Source: Cyanobacteria bacterium auto_48_18 (GTDB lineage Bacteria > Cyanobacteriota > Vampirovibrionia > Obscuribacterales > Obscuribacteraceae). From it: DNA of 64,000 nucleotides. The DNA lies in the NCBI GenBank assembly GCA_036170915.1, contig JAVHQC010000006.1:1-64000 (forward strand), read 5' to 3'. Position 1 is the first letter of the stretch, and each line of letters begins with the position of its first letter. The position numbers and the translations under genes were made by a program. The notes beneath the pieces were generated by a model. It saw nothing but the letters and a program-made list of their open reading frames with translations. It had not been told where the DNA came from and did no database searches. This document shows positions 45,861 through 55,885 of the stretch, piece by piece.

Positions 45861-46155
45861 TTTTCTCTCATGTTTGTTAGCTAAATCTACAGTCGAGCCG
45901 AGTTCCCGATGGGCAGCAGACTGATATAGGGCATTATCCTAGCACCATCAAGGGGCCATTTTTAGCCCAAATTTTTTGAGGTTGCGATCAAAAACGCTTC
46001 TTATCAGGAATTTCACCAGGTGGAATTCAGGGAATCACCCAGAAAAAAAACGTGTGAATGTCTAAAAGCTTGATTGACTGGGTATAAAGCACTTGTCAAG
46101 GGCGTCGTGATCAAGTCGTAATTTAGTCGCAACCAAGTCGGGGTCTCGTTTTAAT

Positions 46156-47499
46156 ATGTCGTGGAAACATCTACTCGCTTTCCCTGTGGTCATTTCACTC
46201 GCTTTGGGAGGTTCCGGTTTACTCGGTGCCCAGGGCCAAACTGACTACATTGCATCTTCATCTGACAAGGTGCGGCTGGCGCATGGCATCACACTTGTGC
46301 CATCGATTCAGCCGGAAGGGCTCTATCACAGAGTCTGGCGTCTGATTAAAGAAGATTATTACGAGCCTAGCTTTACTGGCCAATCGTGGGATCGCTGGGA
46401 GCACCGCTACGATGGCAAACTGAAGACCTTGGAAGATGCTCACAAAGCCATTGAGACAATGCTTGCCAGTTTGGGCGATCGCTACACTCGTTTTCTCGAT
46501 CGTGATGCCTTCGATGATGAGAAGTCGCAAATTGATGCCAAGCTTTATGGCATTGGTGTGCAGATTGGCATTGATCCCGATTCTAAGAAAGTGATTGTGA
46601 TCACGCCTATTGAAGATACTCCCGCCTATAAGGCAGGCATTCTTGCTGCAGATGAATTGACCGAAATCGATGGGAAAAGCACTAAAGGTTTCAATGTTGA
46701 AGAGGCAGCCAAGCACATACGCGGCGCCATCAATACGCCGGTTAACCTGGTTGTCACACGTGGCGGCAAGCGCGTCAAAATTAAAGTGGTGCGCGCCGAG
46801 ATTGCCATCAAAGCCGTTCCTACGGCCAAGATGCTCGATTCAGACGTGGGCTACATTCGTTTATCAAGCTTCATTTCTCAACAGGCTAATCGCGAAATGA
46901 AAGAAGCGATCAGCAAATTGGCCAGTGCTAAAGGAATAGTGCTGGATTTGCGTGACAATCCTGGTGGATTGCTGACCAATGCAATTGATATTTCCAACAT
47001 GTTCCTTGATTCTGGCAATATTCTCTCCACCGTTGATAGAGATGGTTACAAGACTCCAGCTCAGTCAGATGGTCATCCTATATGTATGAAACCGCTGGCA
47101 CTGCTGATTAACAAAGGCAGCGCGTCTGCCTCTGAAATCACATCTGGTGCCTTGCACGACAATAATCGCGCCATTCTTGTCGGTCAACGTACTTTTGGTA
47201 AGGGCCTGGTGCAGGGTATTAATCGTTTGGAAGATGGCAGTGGAGTCAATGTCACCATCGCCAAATATCTCACGCCCAACGACACTGATATTCATAAAAA
47301 GGGCATCTCACCTGATGTGGCGGTGGAGCTGTCGGAGCAGGATCTGAAAGATAAAAAAGGCCCATGGTGGTTGGAGAAACCCACTGCTGGTGTGCGTCGC
47401 AGCCCAGAAGACGGCAAAGATGTGCAATTGAAGGCAGCGCTCGAGGCTGTGCATAAACGAATTACCGAAGGTGATCATCTAGCAGTACACTTGCGTTGA
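46156..47499 (+). CDS. ctpA: S41 carboxy-terminal processing protease (PDZ)
   Basis: GIGV PDZ loop, DLRDNPGG, SASASE and TFGKGLVQ motifs. Confidence 0.92.
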   Translation: MSWKHLLAFPVVISLALGGSGLLGAQGQTDYIASSSDKVRLAHGITLVPSIQPEGLYHRVWRLIKEDYYEPSFTGQSWDRWEHRYDGKLKTLEDAHKAIETMLASLGDRYTRFLDRDAFDDEKSQIDAKLYGIGVQIGIDPDSKKVIVITPIEDTPAYKAGILAADELTEIDGKSTKGFNVEEAAKHIRGAINTPVNLVVTRGGKRVKIKVVRAEIAIKAVPTAKMLDSDVGYIRLSSFISQQANREMKEAISKLASAKGIVLDLRDNPGGLLTNAIDISNMFLDSGNILSTVDRDGYKTPAQSDGHPICMKPLALLINKGSASASEITSGALHDNNRAILVGQRTFGKGLVQGINRLEDGSGVNVTIAKYLTPNDTDIHKKGISPDVAVELSEQDLKDKKGPWWLEKPTAGVRRSPEDGKDVQLKAALEAVHKRITEGDHLAVHLR

Positions 47500-47541
47500 G
47501 CAAATTGTTATGATTAGCACTCCCGCACCCTTGGAAATCGA

Positions 47542-48288
47542 ATGTCAGCAGGTCAGAGTCGAGAAGTTTCCGGTTTAACCATTGTTGGCACTGAAAGTGG
47601 TTGCGGCAAGACTGTCTTTATGACCGGTTTGTCTGCCTTATTGAGGCAGCAAGGCGTGAATGTACGTGCTGTCAAACCAATCTGTCTTGGCGCTAAAGAC
47701 CGGGCAGAGTCTGAGATCTCTTTCATCTGCTCTATCAGTGGTACGCCTCGCAACTACGCTTCGGTAGTAATTTCGTCGGCGAAAAATTTGACCGACGCTC
47801 AGTGGGCCCATTCGCTTTCTGTAGGTTTGGGTTCAGAATTGAGCCTGGTGGAAACGCCCGGTAGCTGCGCGTCACCTATGAGTTTTGAGCAAAGCCATGT
47901 TGGTACTCTCGCTCATGCCTGGAAGGACACGCGTGATTTTGCCAGAGAACTTGGTTATCCATGCATTATCGTTGCGCACCACAATCATGAAGCCATAGAA
48001 AAACTGGTGCTTGCTTACAGTTACATGCACGAGTTTGTCAAAATCGCAGGCATGGTCACGGTTGAAACTCAGGCCAATGAAGGCAAACAGTTAGAAAGTA
48101 AGTTGACCCGCTCAGAAGTGGCTCTTCTTCTTGCTTCTCGCACGCATGCTCCATACCTCGGCTGTCTTAAATTCAGTCCTTCCATTTCAGTGCCACGAGT
48201 CAATCAGGGCAACCTGGTTAAGATAACCGCGGAAGGCATTGACTTATTACTAATTCTCAAAACACTCAATCTAGGCGTCGTTAAATAG
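47542..48288 (+). CDS. Divergent dethiobiotin synthase (BioD)-like P-loop protein
   Basis: VGTESGCGKT, VKP and LVETPGS; collinear with BioD but with altered motifs. Confidence 0.7.
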   Translation: MSAGQSREVSGLTIVGTESGCGKTVFMTGLSALLRQQGVNVRAVKPICLGAKDRAESEISFICSISGTPRNYASVVISSAKNLTDAQWAHSLSVGLGSELSLVETPGSCASPMSFEQSHVGTLAHAWKDTRDFARELGYPCIIVAHHNHEAIEKLVLAYSYMHEFVKIAGMVTVETQANEGKQLESKLTRSEVALLLASRTHAPYLGCLKFSPSISVPRVNQGNLVKITAEGIDLLLILKTLNLGVVK

Positions 48289-48289
48289 C

Positions 48290-50104
48290 TTAGCGGCCGC
48301 CGAAATCACTGTAAAAGGCATTGGGATCGCTGCTCCATGAATGACGCCTGCGCGGTCTGTCTTCAGTTGCACTGTCGGAATGCTTTGCCACGCGCCTGAC
48401 TTTCGCCTGGCGCACTTCTGTTACCGCCTGCAGTCTCGGCTTACGTTTCACCAGGCGCAAGGGTGTGGAGTCTACAAACATTATTGGTGGCGACTTAGTT
48501 CTCTCTCTATTCTTCTCTGTATTCTTCTCTGATTTCTCAGCATTCTGCGCTTGAATCTGCGTATTCTGCAAAGTGCTTTGCTGCAAATTTGAATTCATGC
48601 CAGCATTTACCTGGGCACCATTTGTAGTGCCATTAGAGTTTGTCTGATTAACTGGCGCATTTAGATGAATGGAATTAGCACTTGAATTAGCACTAGAATT
48701 AACGGCCGAATTCACAGCGGGGCCCGCTGTAACAACTGGTTTGACGCTGCTCTGGTGAGTGGAGACATATTGATAAAGCATAAACAGGCCCATGACCAGG
48801 AAACCAGTTATGAGTAGGGTTACCGTCACCACAATCATTACCAGGCGACCGGCACCAGAATCTTTGGAAGTCGCAATGTTACTACTAGAAGTACTATTTG
48901 AATTACTACTAGAATTACTATTAGAATTGACCGTATGTGGTGCCAAGTTTTGCGCTACAGCAGAACTCTTATTCTCTTCTAGCTTCTCTTGCTTTTCTAT
49001 TTTTTCTTTTTCGTCTCTATCTTTTTCTTCTGTGACAATGACAGCAGCGGCAGGTGCCAAATTGTTGTCTTTGGTAGGCGTCTGATTTGTTATTGCCAGG
49101 GCTAGAGCGGCACGCGCTGCTACTTTAGCCGCCTCTTTAACCGGGTCGTCAGGTTCAGAAGGCATCGCGTCCATTGTCTCAAAAGTTAGTGTCGCTTCTG
49201 ATGTTTTTCTGTCAGGGTAGAGTTTGAGAAGTTCACTGCGTAGCTCTTGCATAGAGGCGTAGCGTTCGTCGCTATTTTTTCGCAAGCATTTTAAAACCAC
49301 AGCTTCCAGTCTTTCTGGAATATTGAGATTGGGCGAAATGGTGGCAAATGACAGCGGATACTCAGAAAGCTTTCTGGCAATGGTTTCTGGAAAACTGGCA
49401 CCACGATGCGGCACTTCGCCTGTGAGTACGCGGAACATTACACAGCCAAGGCTATAAATGTCTGAGCGATTGTCGACTTGTCCGCCAACGCATTGTTCAG
49501 GGCTCATGTAAAAAGGTGAACCCCAGATTTCACCTGACTTGGTTAGCTGCTGCGACTCAGATGTCAATTTGACGATGCCGAAATCTAGAATTTTGGCGAA
49601 TTCAACCTGGTCGCGTTTGCCTACCATGATATTGAGCGGCTTCAGATCGCGGTGGATAATGCCCTGTCCGTGTGCATAGCTCATGGCTTCGCAAATTTGC
49701 ACGAAAATCGGCAATGCTCTGGCGGGGCTCATGGTTGTTTCTTTGTCTAAAATCGCTTGCAAAGACTTGCCGTCCACAAGCTCAAGCACAAGGTAAGGTT
49801 CAGATTTGGCGGTAAAACCAAAATCAAATGTAGTAACGATACCAGGGTGATTGAGCAGGCCAAGGGCTTTCGCTTCGCGCGTGAGTCTTTGCACGGCGGT
49901 TGCATCTGAGGCGATCTCGACAGGCAAAAATTTGATAGCCACGTCGCGCCCAATGGTTTCTTGGCTGGCACGATAGACATTGCCCATAGCTCCAGAGCCG
50001 AGCAGCCCTGTAATGACAAAGGCTGAACCCACACGTGAGCCGATCATGCTGTGCTCATCATCTTGGGAGGCTTTTTGCTTAACGGTAGATTCCTGTGGAT
50101 CCAA
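48290..50104 (-). CDS. Membrane-anchored Ser/Thr protein kinase with low-complexity C-terminus
   Basis: GSGAMG, HRDLKPLN, DFG and GSPFYMSPEQ motifs; one TM helix; N/S-rich tracts. Confidence 0.93.
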   Translation of the reverse strand: MDPQESTVKQKASQDDEHSMIGSRVGSAFVITGLLGSGAMGNVYRASQETIGRDVAIKFLPVEIASDATAVQRLTREAKALGLLNHPGIVTTFDFGFTAKSEPYLVLELVDGKSLQAILDKETTMSPARALPIFVQICEAMSYAHGQGIIHRDLKPLNIMVGKRDQVEFAKILDFGIVKLTSESQQLTKSGEIWGSPFYMSPEQCVGGQVDNRSDIYSLGCVMFRVLTGEVPHRGASFPETIARKLSEYPLSFATISPNLNIPERLEAVVLKCLRKNSDERYASMQELRSELLKLYPDRKTSEATLTFETMDAMPSEPDDPVKEAAKVAARAALALAITNQTPTKDNNLAPAAAVIVTEEKDRDEKEKIEKQEKLEENKSSAVAQNLAPHTVNSNSNSSSNSNSTSSSNIATSKDSGAGRLVMIVVTVTLLITGFLVMGLFMLYQYVSTHQSSVKPVVTAGPAVNSAVNSSANSSANSIHLNAPVNQTNSNGTTNGAQVNAGMNSNLQQSTLQNTQIQAQNAEKSEKNTEKNRERTKSPPIMFVDSTPLRLVKRKPRLQAVTEVRQAKVRRVAKHSDSATEDRPRRRHSWSSDPNAFYSDFGGR

Positions 50105-50218
50105 CCAGCCTTCCTCTTTTCTCAGGGGTGTCAGTCACGTCTATTTTAGCCTGATCGGTAGCCAAGAAATAAAACATATATATCGTCAGCCCACTTTTGG
50201 CGCAAAATGTGATACTTA

Positions 50219-51127
50219 TTGATTCCAACGCTCAGGAATTGCTTTGAGAAAACCTTGAAAGACGCAAGCCACGACTCACCCAAGCCTGCATTGGCCAACG
50301 AGCTGAAACTGCCGTCAAATTCCAGCGAGCTAATTATTTACACGATGTCTGACTCTAGCGGAGAGACTGCCGAGGCTGTGGCTCGCGCCGCCCTGGTGCA
50401 ATTTCCTCCCGGCCATGCATCTATTTATAGATTGCCGCAAGTGAGAAGCTCTCAACAAATTCCCGGCATGGTACGCGAAATTGCCCAGGGTCGCTCAATT
50501 ATTGCTTACACATTGGTGTTACCTGAGTATCGCGAAACTCTAGAAGCTGAAGCCAGTAAATTTAAAGTGCCGAGCATTGACCTAATCGGATCGCTAATGG
50601 CTCGCATAGGCAATTTGACTGGCGCCCAACCACTGTCGCAACCAGGTCGTTTGCACATACTTGATGAAAGCTATTTCAAACGCATCGAAGCAGTCGACTT
50701 TGCCATACGTTTTGACGACGGTAAAAACCCAGATGGCATTCTTCAAGCTGATGTGGTGCTGGTTGGAGTATCGCGCACCAGTAAAACCCCTAACTGTATG
50801 TACCTGGCGCACCATTATGGTCTTAAGGCCGCTAACGTGCCCATTGTTTTTGGTGTTGAGCCGCCCAGGGCATTGTTTCAAGTTCCAGCCAAACGCATCT
50901 TTGGTTTGAAAATTGATCCTTATCAGTTGCAAGAGATAAGAAGCACACGAGCAGCCGTTCTTGGTATGCCGAATAATACCGACTACGCCGATCCTGAACG
51001 CATTATGCAAGAGAGTCGATACGCAAAAAAAATATTTCGAGAATTGAAATGCCACATTCTCGACGTTTCGGCAAAAGCAATTGAAGAGACGTCGTCTGAA
51101 ATTTTCATGAATATGCGTGGTGACTAA
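50219..51127 (+). CDS. PPDK/PEP synthase regulatory kinase-pyrophosphorylase (DUF299)
   Basis: SDSSGETAE, FDDGK, GVSRTSKTP and AIEET motifs; adjacent to ppdK. Confidence 0.92.
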   Translation: MIPTLRNCFEKTLKDASHDSPKPALANELKLPSNSSELIIYTMSDSSGETAEAVARAALVQFPPGHASIYRLPQVRSSQQIPGMVREIAQGRSIIAYTLVLPEYRETLEAEASKFKVPSIDLIGSLMARIGNLTGAQPLSQPGRLHILDESYFKRIEAVDFAIRFDDGKNPDGILQADVVLVGVSRTSKTPNCMYLAHHYGLKAANVPIVFGVEPPRALFQVPAKRIFGLKIDPYQLQEIRSTRAAVLGMPNNTDYADPERIMQESRYAKKIFRELKCHILDVSAKAIEETSSEIFMNMRGD

Positions 51128-51191
51128 TTTAACTGACCAACTAAAAAACAGACCAGTACCCAGCTCAATCAATAATGGAGAATCGAGAAAA

Positions 51192-53969
51192 ATGGTGAGT
51201 ATGACAAGTTCCAGTCAAGCTCAAGATTCGAAAGGCAAAGCCAACAAGCTCAAACTTTCCAAACGAGTTTATCTTTTTGAAGAAGGTTTTGATGCTTTTG
51301 ATGGTGACCGTGATGCCATGAAAGAGCTTTTGGGCGGAAAGGGAGCTGGTCTTGCCGAGATGACCCATTCAGGAGTGAACGTGCCTCCTGGTTTGACGAT
51401 TTTGACATCTTGCTGCAGACAGTACACAGAGAACAATCAAAAAATGCCGGAGAAGCTTTTTGATGAAGTTATGGTGGAACTGGCTCATGTAGAGAAAAAA
51501 CTCGATCGAGTGCTTGGTGATTTGGCTAAACCGCTGCTGCTTTCAGTGCGATCTGGCGCCAAGTTTTCTATGCCGGGCATGATGGATACAATTTTAAATT
51601 TAGGCCTTAACGATCAAACTGTAGAATCCATCTCTACTTTGACCAGCAACGCGCGTTTCGCCTGGGATAGTTATCGTCGCTTCATTGCCATGTACAGCAG
51701 TGTGGTGCTCGAAATCAGTAAAGACAGCTTTGAAGATTTGTTGGAAGATCTCAAAGACGAATTAAAAGTTGAAAGTGACGCTGATCTCAGTGTGGAAGAT
51801 TTAAAAAAACTGGTGACACAGTTTAAGGCACTGGTGGAAAAGCATTCGGGAAAACCATTTCCGCAAGATACACGAGAGCAGCTCAAAGGTGCGGTGGAGG
51901 CTGTGTTCAGATCTTGGAACAATAATCGGGCGATTTACTACCGCAATCTCAATAAGATCGATCACAATTTAGGCACTGCCGTCAACGTTCAATCTATGGT
52001 CTTTGGTAATTTTGATGACACTTCTGCCACAGGTGTTTGCTTTACTCGCAATCCCAGCACTGGTGAAAAGCTTTTATATGGAGAATATCTGGTTAACGCT
52101 CAGGGTGAAGATGTGGTGGCAGGCACTCGCACACCGCTTAAAATCTCTGATCTGGCTAAAGGCATGCCTGAGGTTTACGAAGAGCTACTCGCCAATGTTG
52201 GCCGCCTCGAACACTATTATCGCGATATGCAAGACATCGAATTTACAATCGAACAGGGCAAGCTCTATTTATTGCAAACGCGCAGCGGCAAAAGAACGGC
52301 TGCGGCAGCGGTTAAGGTTGCGGTTGATATGGTTGGTGAGGGAATCATCAGTCGCGACGAAGGTTTAAATAGAGTCGAGCCCATGCAATTAAATCAATTG
52401 CTTTTGCCCTCCTTCATCGCTGAAGAAAAAGACAAAGCCAAAAAAGAAAATAGACTGATTGCTGTGGGCCTCAACGCTTCTCCTGGTGCTGCAATTGGCA
52501 AAATTATTTTCAACCCTGATGAAGCCGAGAAGATGGCCAATCAGGGCCTCAAAGTAATCTTGATCAGAATCGAGACCTGTCCTGATGATATTCACGGCAT
52601 CGTGCCTGCTCAGGGTGTGATCACCAGTCGTGGTGGCATGACCAGTCACGCCGCTGTGGTCGCTCGTGGTATGGGCAAGCCCTGTGTAGCCGGCTGTGAA
52701 GCCCTCAAGATTGACCTTGAGCGTGAAGAAATGTATGTTCAGAGCAAGCTCTATAAGAAAGGCGATTTAATTTCCATCGACGGATCCACCGGCGAAATTT
52801 TTGAAGGTCAGATAACTACTCACGAACCTCAGTTTTCACAAGACTTCCAAACCTTGCTTGGTTGGGCTGATCAAGTGCGTACTCTGGCCATCAGAACCAA
52901 TGCTGATACTCCAGAAGACGCAAAATTGGCGCGTGAGTTTGGTGCCCAAGGCATCGGACTCTGTCGCACCGAACATATGTTTATGGCACAAGATCGGCTG
53001 CCGGTGATGCAGCAGATGATCCTTTCTTCCACTGACCTTGAGCGTGAGGCCGCCCTGGCTAAATTACTGCCCATGCAGCGGGCCGACTTTACCGGAATTT
53101 TTCAGGCCATGGCCGGTTTGCCTGTGACTATTCGGTTGCTCGATCCTCCTTTGCATGAATTTCTGCCGAGAGAAGAACATTTGATCGAAGAAGTTGCCAC
53201 CATGCGTGCCAAAGGCAATAAAGGCGCAGAATTGCGCGACAAAGAGATACTTTTGAAAAAAGTTGGTGAGCTTAAAGAGTCCAATCCGATGATGGGCTTG
53301 CGTGGTTGCAGGCTCGGTCTGGTTTATCCCGGCATTAATAAAATGCAAGTGCAGGCCATTTTTGAGGCGGCCATTGCCGTGAAGAAGCAAGGCATCGAAG
53401 TCTTGCCCGAAATCATGATTCCACTTGTGGGTCATGCCAACGAATTAAAATTTGCCAGGCAGCAGCTTGAGGCCGTTGCTCGCGAAGTGATGGATCGCGA
53501 GAAAACCGAGGTGGTGTACAAATTCGGCACCATGATCGAAATTCCACGTGCTTGCGTTACGGCCGATGAGATTGCCGAATATGCCGAGTTTTTCAGTTTC
53601 GGTACCAATGACCTGACGCAAATGACATTCGGCTATTCCAGAGATGACGCCGAAGGCAAATTTTTGCAGCGCTATCTTGATGGAGTGGAGTTTGACGGCG
53701 GTAAGCATAAAGTTTTGATCAACAATCCCTTTGAGGTCTTAGATTTTGGCGGCGTAGGCAAATTGATGCAGATTGCCGTAGATTTAGGTCGCAAAGCCAA
53801 GCCGGATCTTAAGCTCGGAATCTGTGGAGAGCATGGTGGAGAACCTCAATCTATCGCCTTTGCCTACAAACTTGGCCTTTCCTACGTTAGTTGCTCACCC
53901 TACAGAGTGCCCGTGGCGCGGCTGGCAGCAGCTCAAGCGACATTAAGCGGTACAGAAAGAGACAAATAA
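51192..53969 (+). CDS. ppdK: Pyruvate, phosphate dikinase
   Basis: LGGKGAGLAEM, SMPGMMDT, GGMTSHAAVVARG, GLCRTEHM, FSFGTNDL and GICGEHGG motifs. Start probably 51192 or 51201. Confidence 0.97.
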   Translation: MVSMTSSSQAQDSKGKANKLKLSKRVYLFEEGFDAFDGDRDAMKELLGGKGAGLAEMTHSGVNVPPGLTILTSCCRQYTENNQKMPEKLFDEVMVELAHVEKKLDRVLGDLAKPLLLSVRSGAKFSMPGMMDTILNLGLNDQTVESISTLTSNARFAWDSYRRFIAMYSSVVLEISKDSFEDLLEDLKDELKVESDADLSVEDLKKLVTQFKALVEKHSGKPFPQDTREQLKGAVEAVFRSWNNNRAIYYRNLNKIDHNLGTAVNVQSMVFGNFDDTSATGVCFTRNPSTGEKLLYGEYLVNAQGEDVVAGTRTPLKISDLAKGMPEVYEELLANVGRLEHYYRDMQDIEFTIEQGKLYLLQTRSGKRTAAAAVKVAVDMVGEGIISRDEGLNRVEPMQLNQLLLPSFIAEEKDKAKKENRLIAVGLNASPGAAIGKIIFNPDEAEKMANQGLKVILIRIETCPDDIHGIVPAQGVITSRGGMTSHAAVVARGMGKPCVAGCEALKIDLEREEMYVQSKLYKKGDLISIDGSTGEIFEGQITTHEPQFSQDFQTLLGWADQVRTLAIRTNADTPEDAKLAREFGAQGIGLCRTEHMFMAQDRLPVMQQMILSSTDLEREAALAKLLPMQRADFTGIFQAMAGLPVTIRLLDPPLHEFLPREEHLIEEVATMRAKGNKGAELRDKEILLKKVGELKESNPMMGLRGCRLGLVYPGINKMQVQAIFEAAIAVKKQGIEVLPEIMIPLVGHANELKFARQQLEAVAREVMDREKTEVVYKFGTMIEIPRACVTADEIAEYAEFFSFGTNDLTQMTFGYSRDDAEGKFLQRYLDGVEFDGGKHKVLINNPFEVLDFGGVGKLMQIAVDLGRKAKPDLKLGICGEHGGEPQSIAFAYKLGLSYVSCSPYRVPVARLAAAQATLSGTERDK

Positions 53970-54067
53970 TCAAACTAAGGGTAGGTTTAGAATAGGGCCT
54001 GACGCTGGTAAAAAAGTAGCAGAGGCGCACTAGAAATAGAGATAGAAATAGAGACGGACCCAGCTGC

Positions 54068-55018
54068 ATGTCCATTGACGAAAATGTTGACGCCCTTTTA
54101 AGGCTTCTACCTGATATGGAGCAATCGCTCGGCCCGGATCACCCAGATCTTGCCGACTATTTCATCTCGCTTGGCCTTCTGCTCTATCACGACAGTCGTT
54201 TTGAAGAGGCTGAAGATTTATTTGTCAGGGCTCTGGCTATGCGCGAGCGTTTGCTGGCAGTTGACCATCCTGATGTGGCCGCTGCACTCAATCACCTCGG
54301 CCTGGTTTATCTGGCCGAAGGCAAATATGCAGATGCCGAGCCTCTTTTTAAGCGAGCCCTCAGTTTACAAGAAAAAATGTTCGGCGTAGAGCACGTCTCT
54401 ATTGCCGCGGCCCTGAACAATCTGGGCGATCTCTACATGACTCTCAATCGCTTTGCTGAAGCCGAAGATGTGCTCAAACGTGGTTTGAAAATCCGCGAGC
54501 GCAATTTAGGATTTGAAGACGGCAGTTTGATTGAAATTTTAAATTCGCTGGCAAACATTTACTCTGAGCAGAACCGCAACCTTGATGCCGAACCGTTATT
54601 TAGGCGCGTACTGAAAATTGAAGAAAGGCTGCATGGCAGCGACCATCCTAATGTAGCAAATGCTCTCAATAATCTGGCTTCTCTATTTCTCGCTAAAGAT
54701 CAGTTTGATCAAGCAGAGCCTATGCACCGCCGGGCCCTGGCAATACGTGAGAGGGTGTTGAGCCCTGATCATCCTAAGGTGGCAGAGAGCTTGAATAACT
54801 TAGGTTGGCTTTATCACCAGCACGGCAATCACGGTCGAGCTGAAAGTCTCTATCGCCGTGCCATCGAAATATGGGAGCGAGCTCTGGGGCCTGATCATGC
54901 CTATGTGGCAGCTTGTCTGGAAAACTATGCCGAGCTATTGCGCAAAACCAATCGCGGTACTGAAGCCGTTTCGCTTGACCGGCGCGTGCAGCTGATTCGC
55001 TCTAAGTATATGGAATAG
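54068..55018 (+). CDS. TPR protein with 42-aa kinesin-light-chain-type repeats
   Basis: Repeated DHP.VA..LNNL...AE.L.RRAL.I.E units. Confidence 0.92.
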   Translation: MSIDENVDALLRLLPDMEQSLGPDHPDLADYFISLGLLLYHDSRFEEAEDLFVRALAMRERLLAVDHPDVAAALNHLGLVYLAEGKYADAEPLFKRALSLQEKMFGVEHVSIAAALNNLGDLYMTLNRFAEAEDVLKRGLKIRERNLGFEDGSLIEILNSLANIYSEQNRNLDAEPLFRRVLKIEERLHGSDHPNVANALNNLASLFLAKDQFDQAEPMHRRALAIRERVLSPDHPKVAESLNNLGWLYHQHGNHGRAESLYRRAIEIWERALGPDHAYVAACLENYAELLRKTNRGTEAVSLDRRVQLIRSKYME

Positions 55019-55026
55019 AGTGAGAT

Positions 55027-55872
55027 TTATTTGTTGTACTCAGGTGGAATGGCACTGACCAGTGTGCGCATAATTCCTGGTGCCACACCATGAAAGCGTT
55101 CGGCAAAACGACCAGGCAATGTCAAAATTAGCTCGTGTGACCCGCCTTTTTCCATGCTTTTGACAATTTCGTCTACACACTGTGTGGTGCTGATGCTGAG
55201 CACATGTTTCATTAAGGCACCAGTGAGATCATTTTTCTCAGCAATCAAGGTTGGATTTTTCTGCCCAGGCACTGCATTCTTTTCAAAGAACTCTGTTCTT
55301 ACCCAACCGGGGCAAACAGTTAAGACGTCTACTTGATTGGTAAGCTCCGCTGCCAGACCTTCTGAAAGGGCAGTGAGGGCGAATTTGCTTGAACAGTAGC
55401 TAACACTACCGGGGAAAGAAATTTTTCCGGCTACTGACGAAATATTGATGATTTTGCTGCTTTTAGAATTTTTCAGATGCGGCAATGAGGCATACACCAG
55501 CGACAGTGGCATGAAGAAATTGACTTCAAAAAGCCTGCGCCAGTCGTCCATGCTGAGACTTTCAAATTTTCCTGGTACGGCCATGCCGGCGTTATTTACA
55601 AGCAGATCAATGCCACCGTATAAGGTGCAACATTGCTCAACCAGGCGATTTGCCATATCAGGCGAGGCGATATCACCCACAATAATTTCGGCTTCGCCAC
55701 CACAAGCAATTACCTGCTCTTTTGCACTCAGCAGTTCAGGCTCACTGCGGGCCGTTAAAATCAACTTGGCCTTATATTTTTTTGCCAGTGAAAGTGCCAG
55801 GCCGCGCCCTATACCAGAAGAAGCGCCAGTGATGATGCCGCGCATCAGGTTGCCTTTTTTGATTTTCGACAT
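55027..55872 (-). CDS. SDR-family oxidoreductase
   Basis: TGASSGIG, NNAG and YCSSK motifs. Start re-called at 55872 to avoid overlap. Confidence 0.92.
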   Translation of the reverse strand: MSKIKKGNLMRGIITGASSGIGRGLALSLAKKYKAKLILTARSEPELLSAKEQVIACGGEAEIIVGDIASPDMANRLVEQCCTLYGGIDLLVNNAGMAVPGKFESLSMDDWRRLFEVNFFMPLSLVYASLPHLKNSKSSKIINISSVAGKISFPGSVSYCSSKFALTALSEGLAAELTNQVDVLTVCPGWVRTEFFEKNAVPGQKNPTLIAEKNDLTGALMKHVLSISTTQCVDEIVKSMEKGGSHELILTLPGRFAERFHGVAPGIMRTLVSAIPPEYNK

Positions 55873-55885
55873 TTTATTTGCTCGT

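Noticed and set aside
45995..46045. SAM-I riboswitch near mtnP (CTTATCAGGA)
   Set aside because: It is on the wrong strand for mtnP and the remaining SAM-I core motifs are absent.
50594..51172. 192-aa - strand ORF
   Set aside because: It is antisense to the well-supported DUF299 and ppdK genes and has no motifs.
54031..54054. TAGAAA/TAGAGA hexamer repeat before the TPR gene
   Set aside because: Short low-complexity tract with no further support for function.
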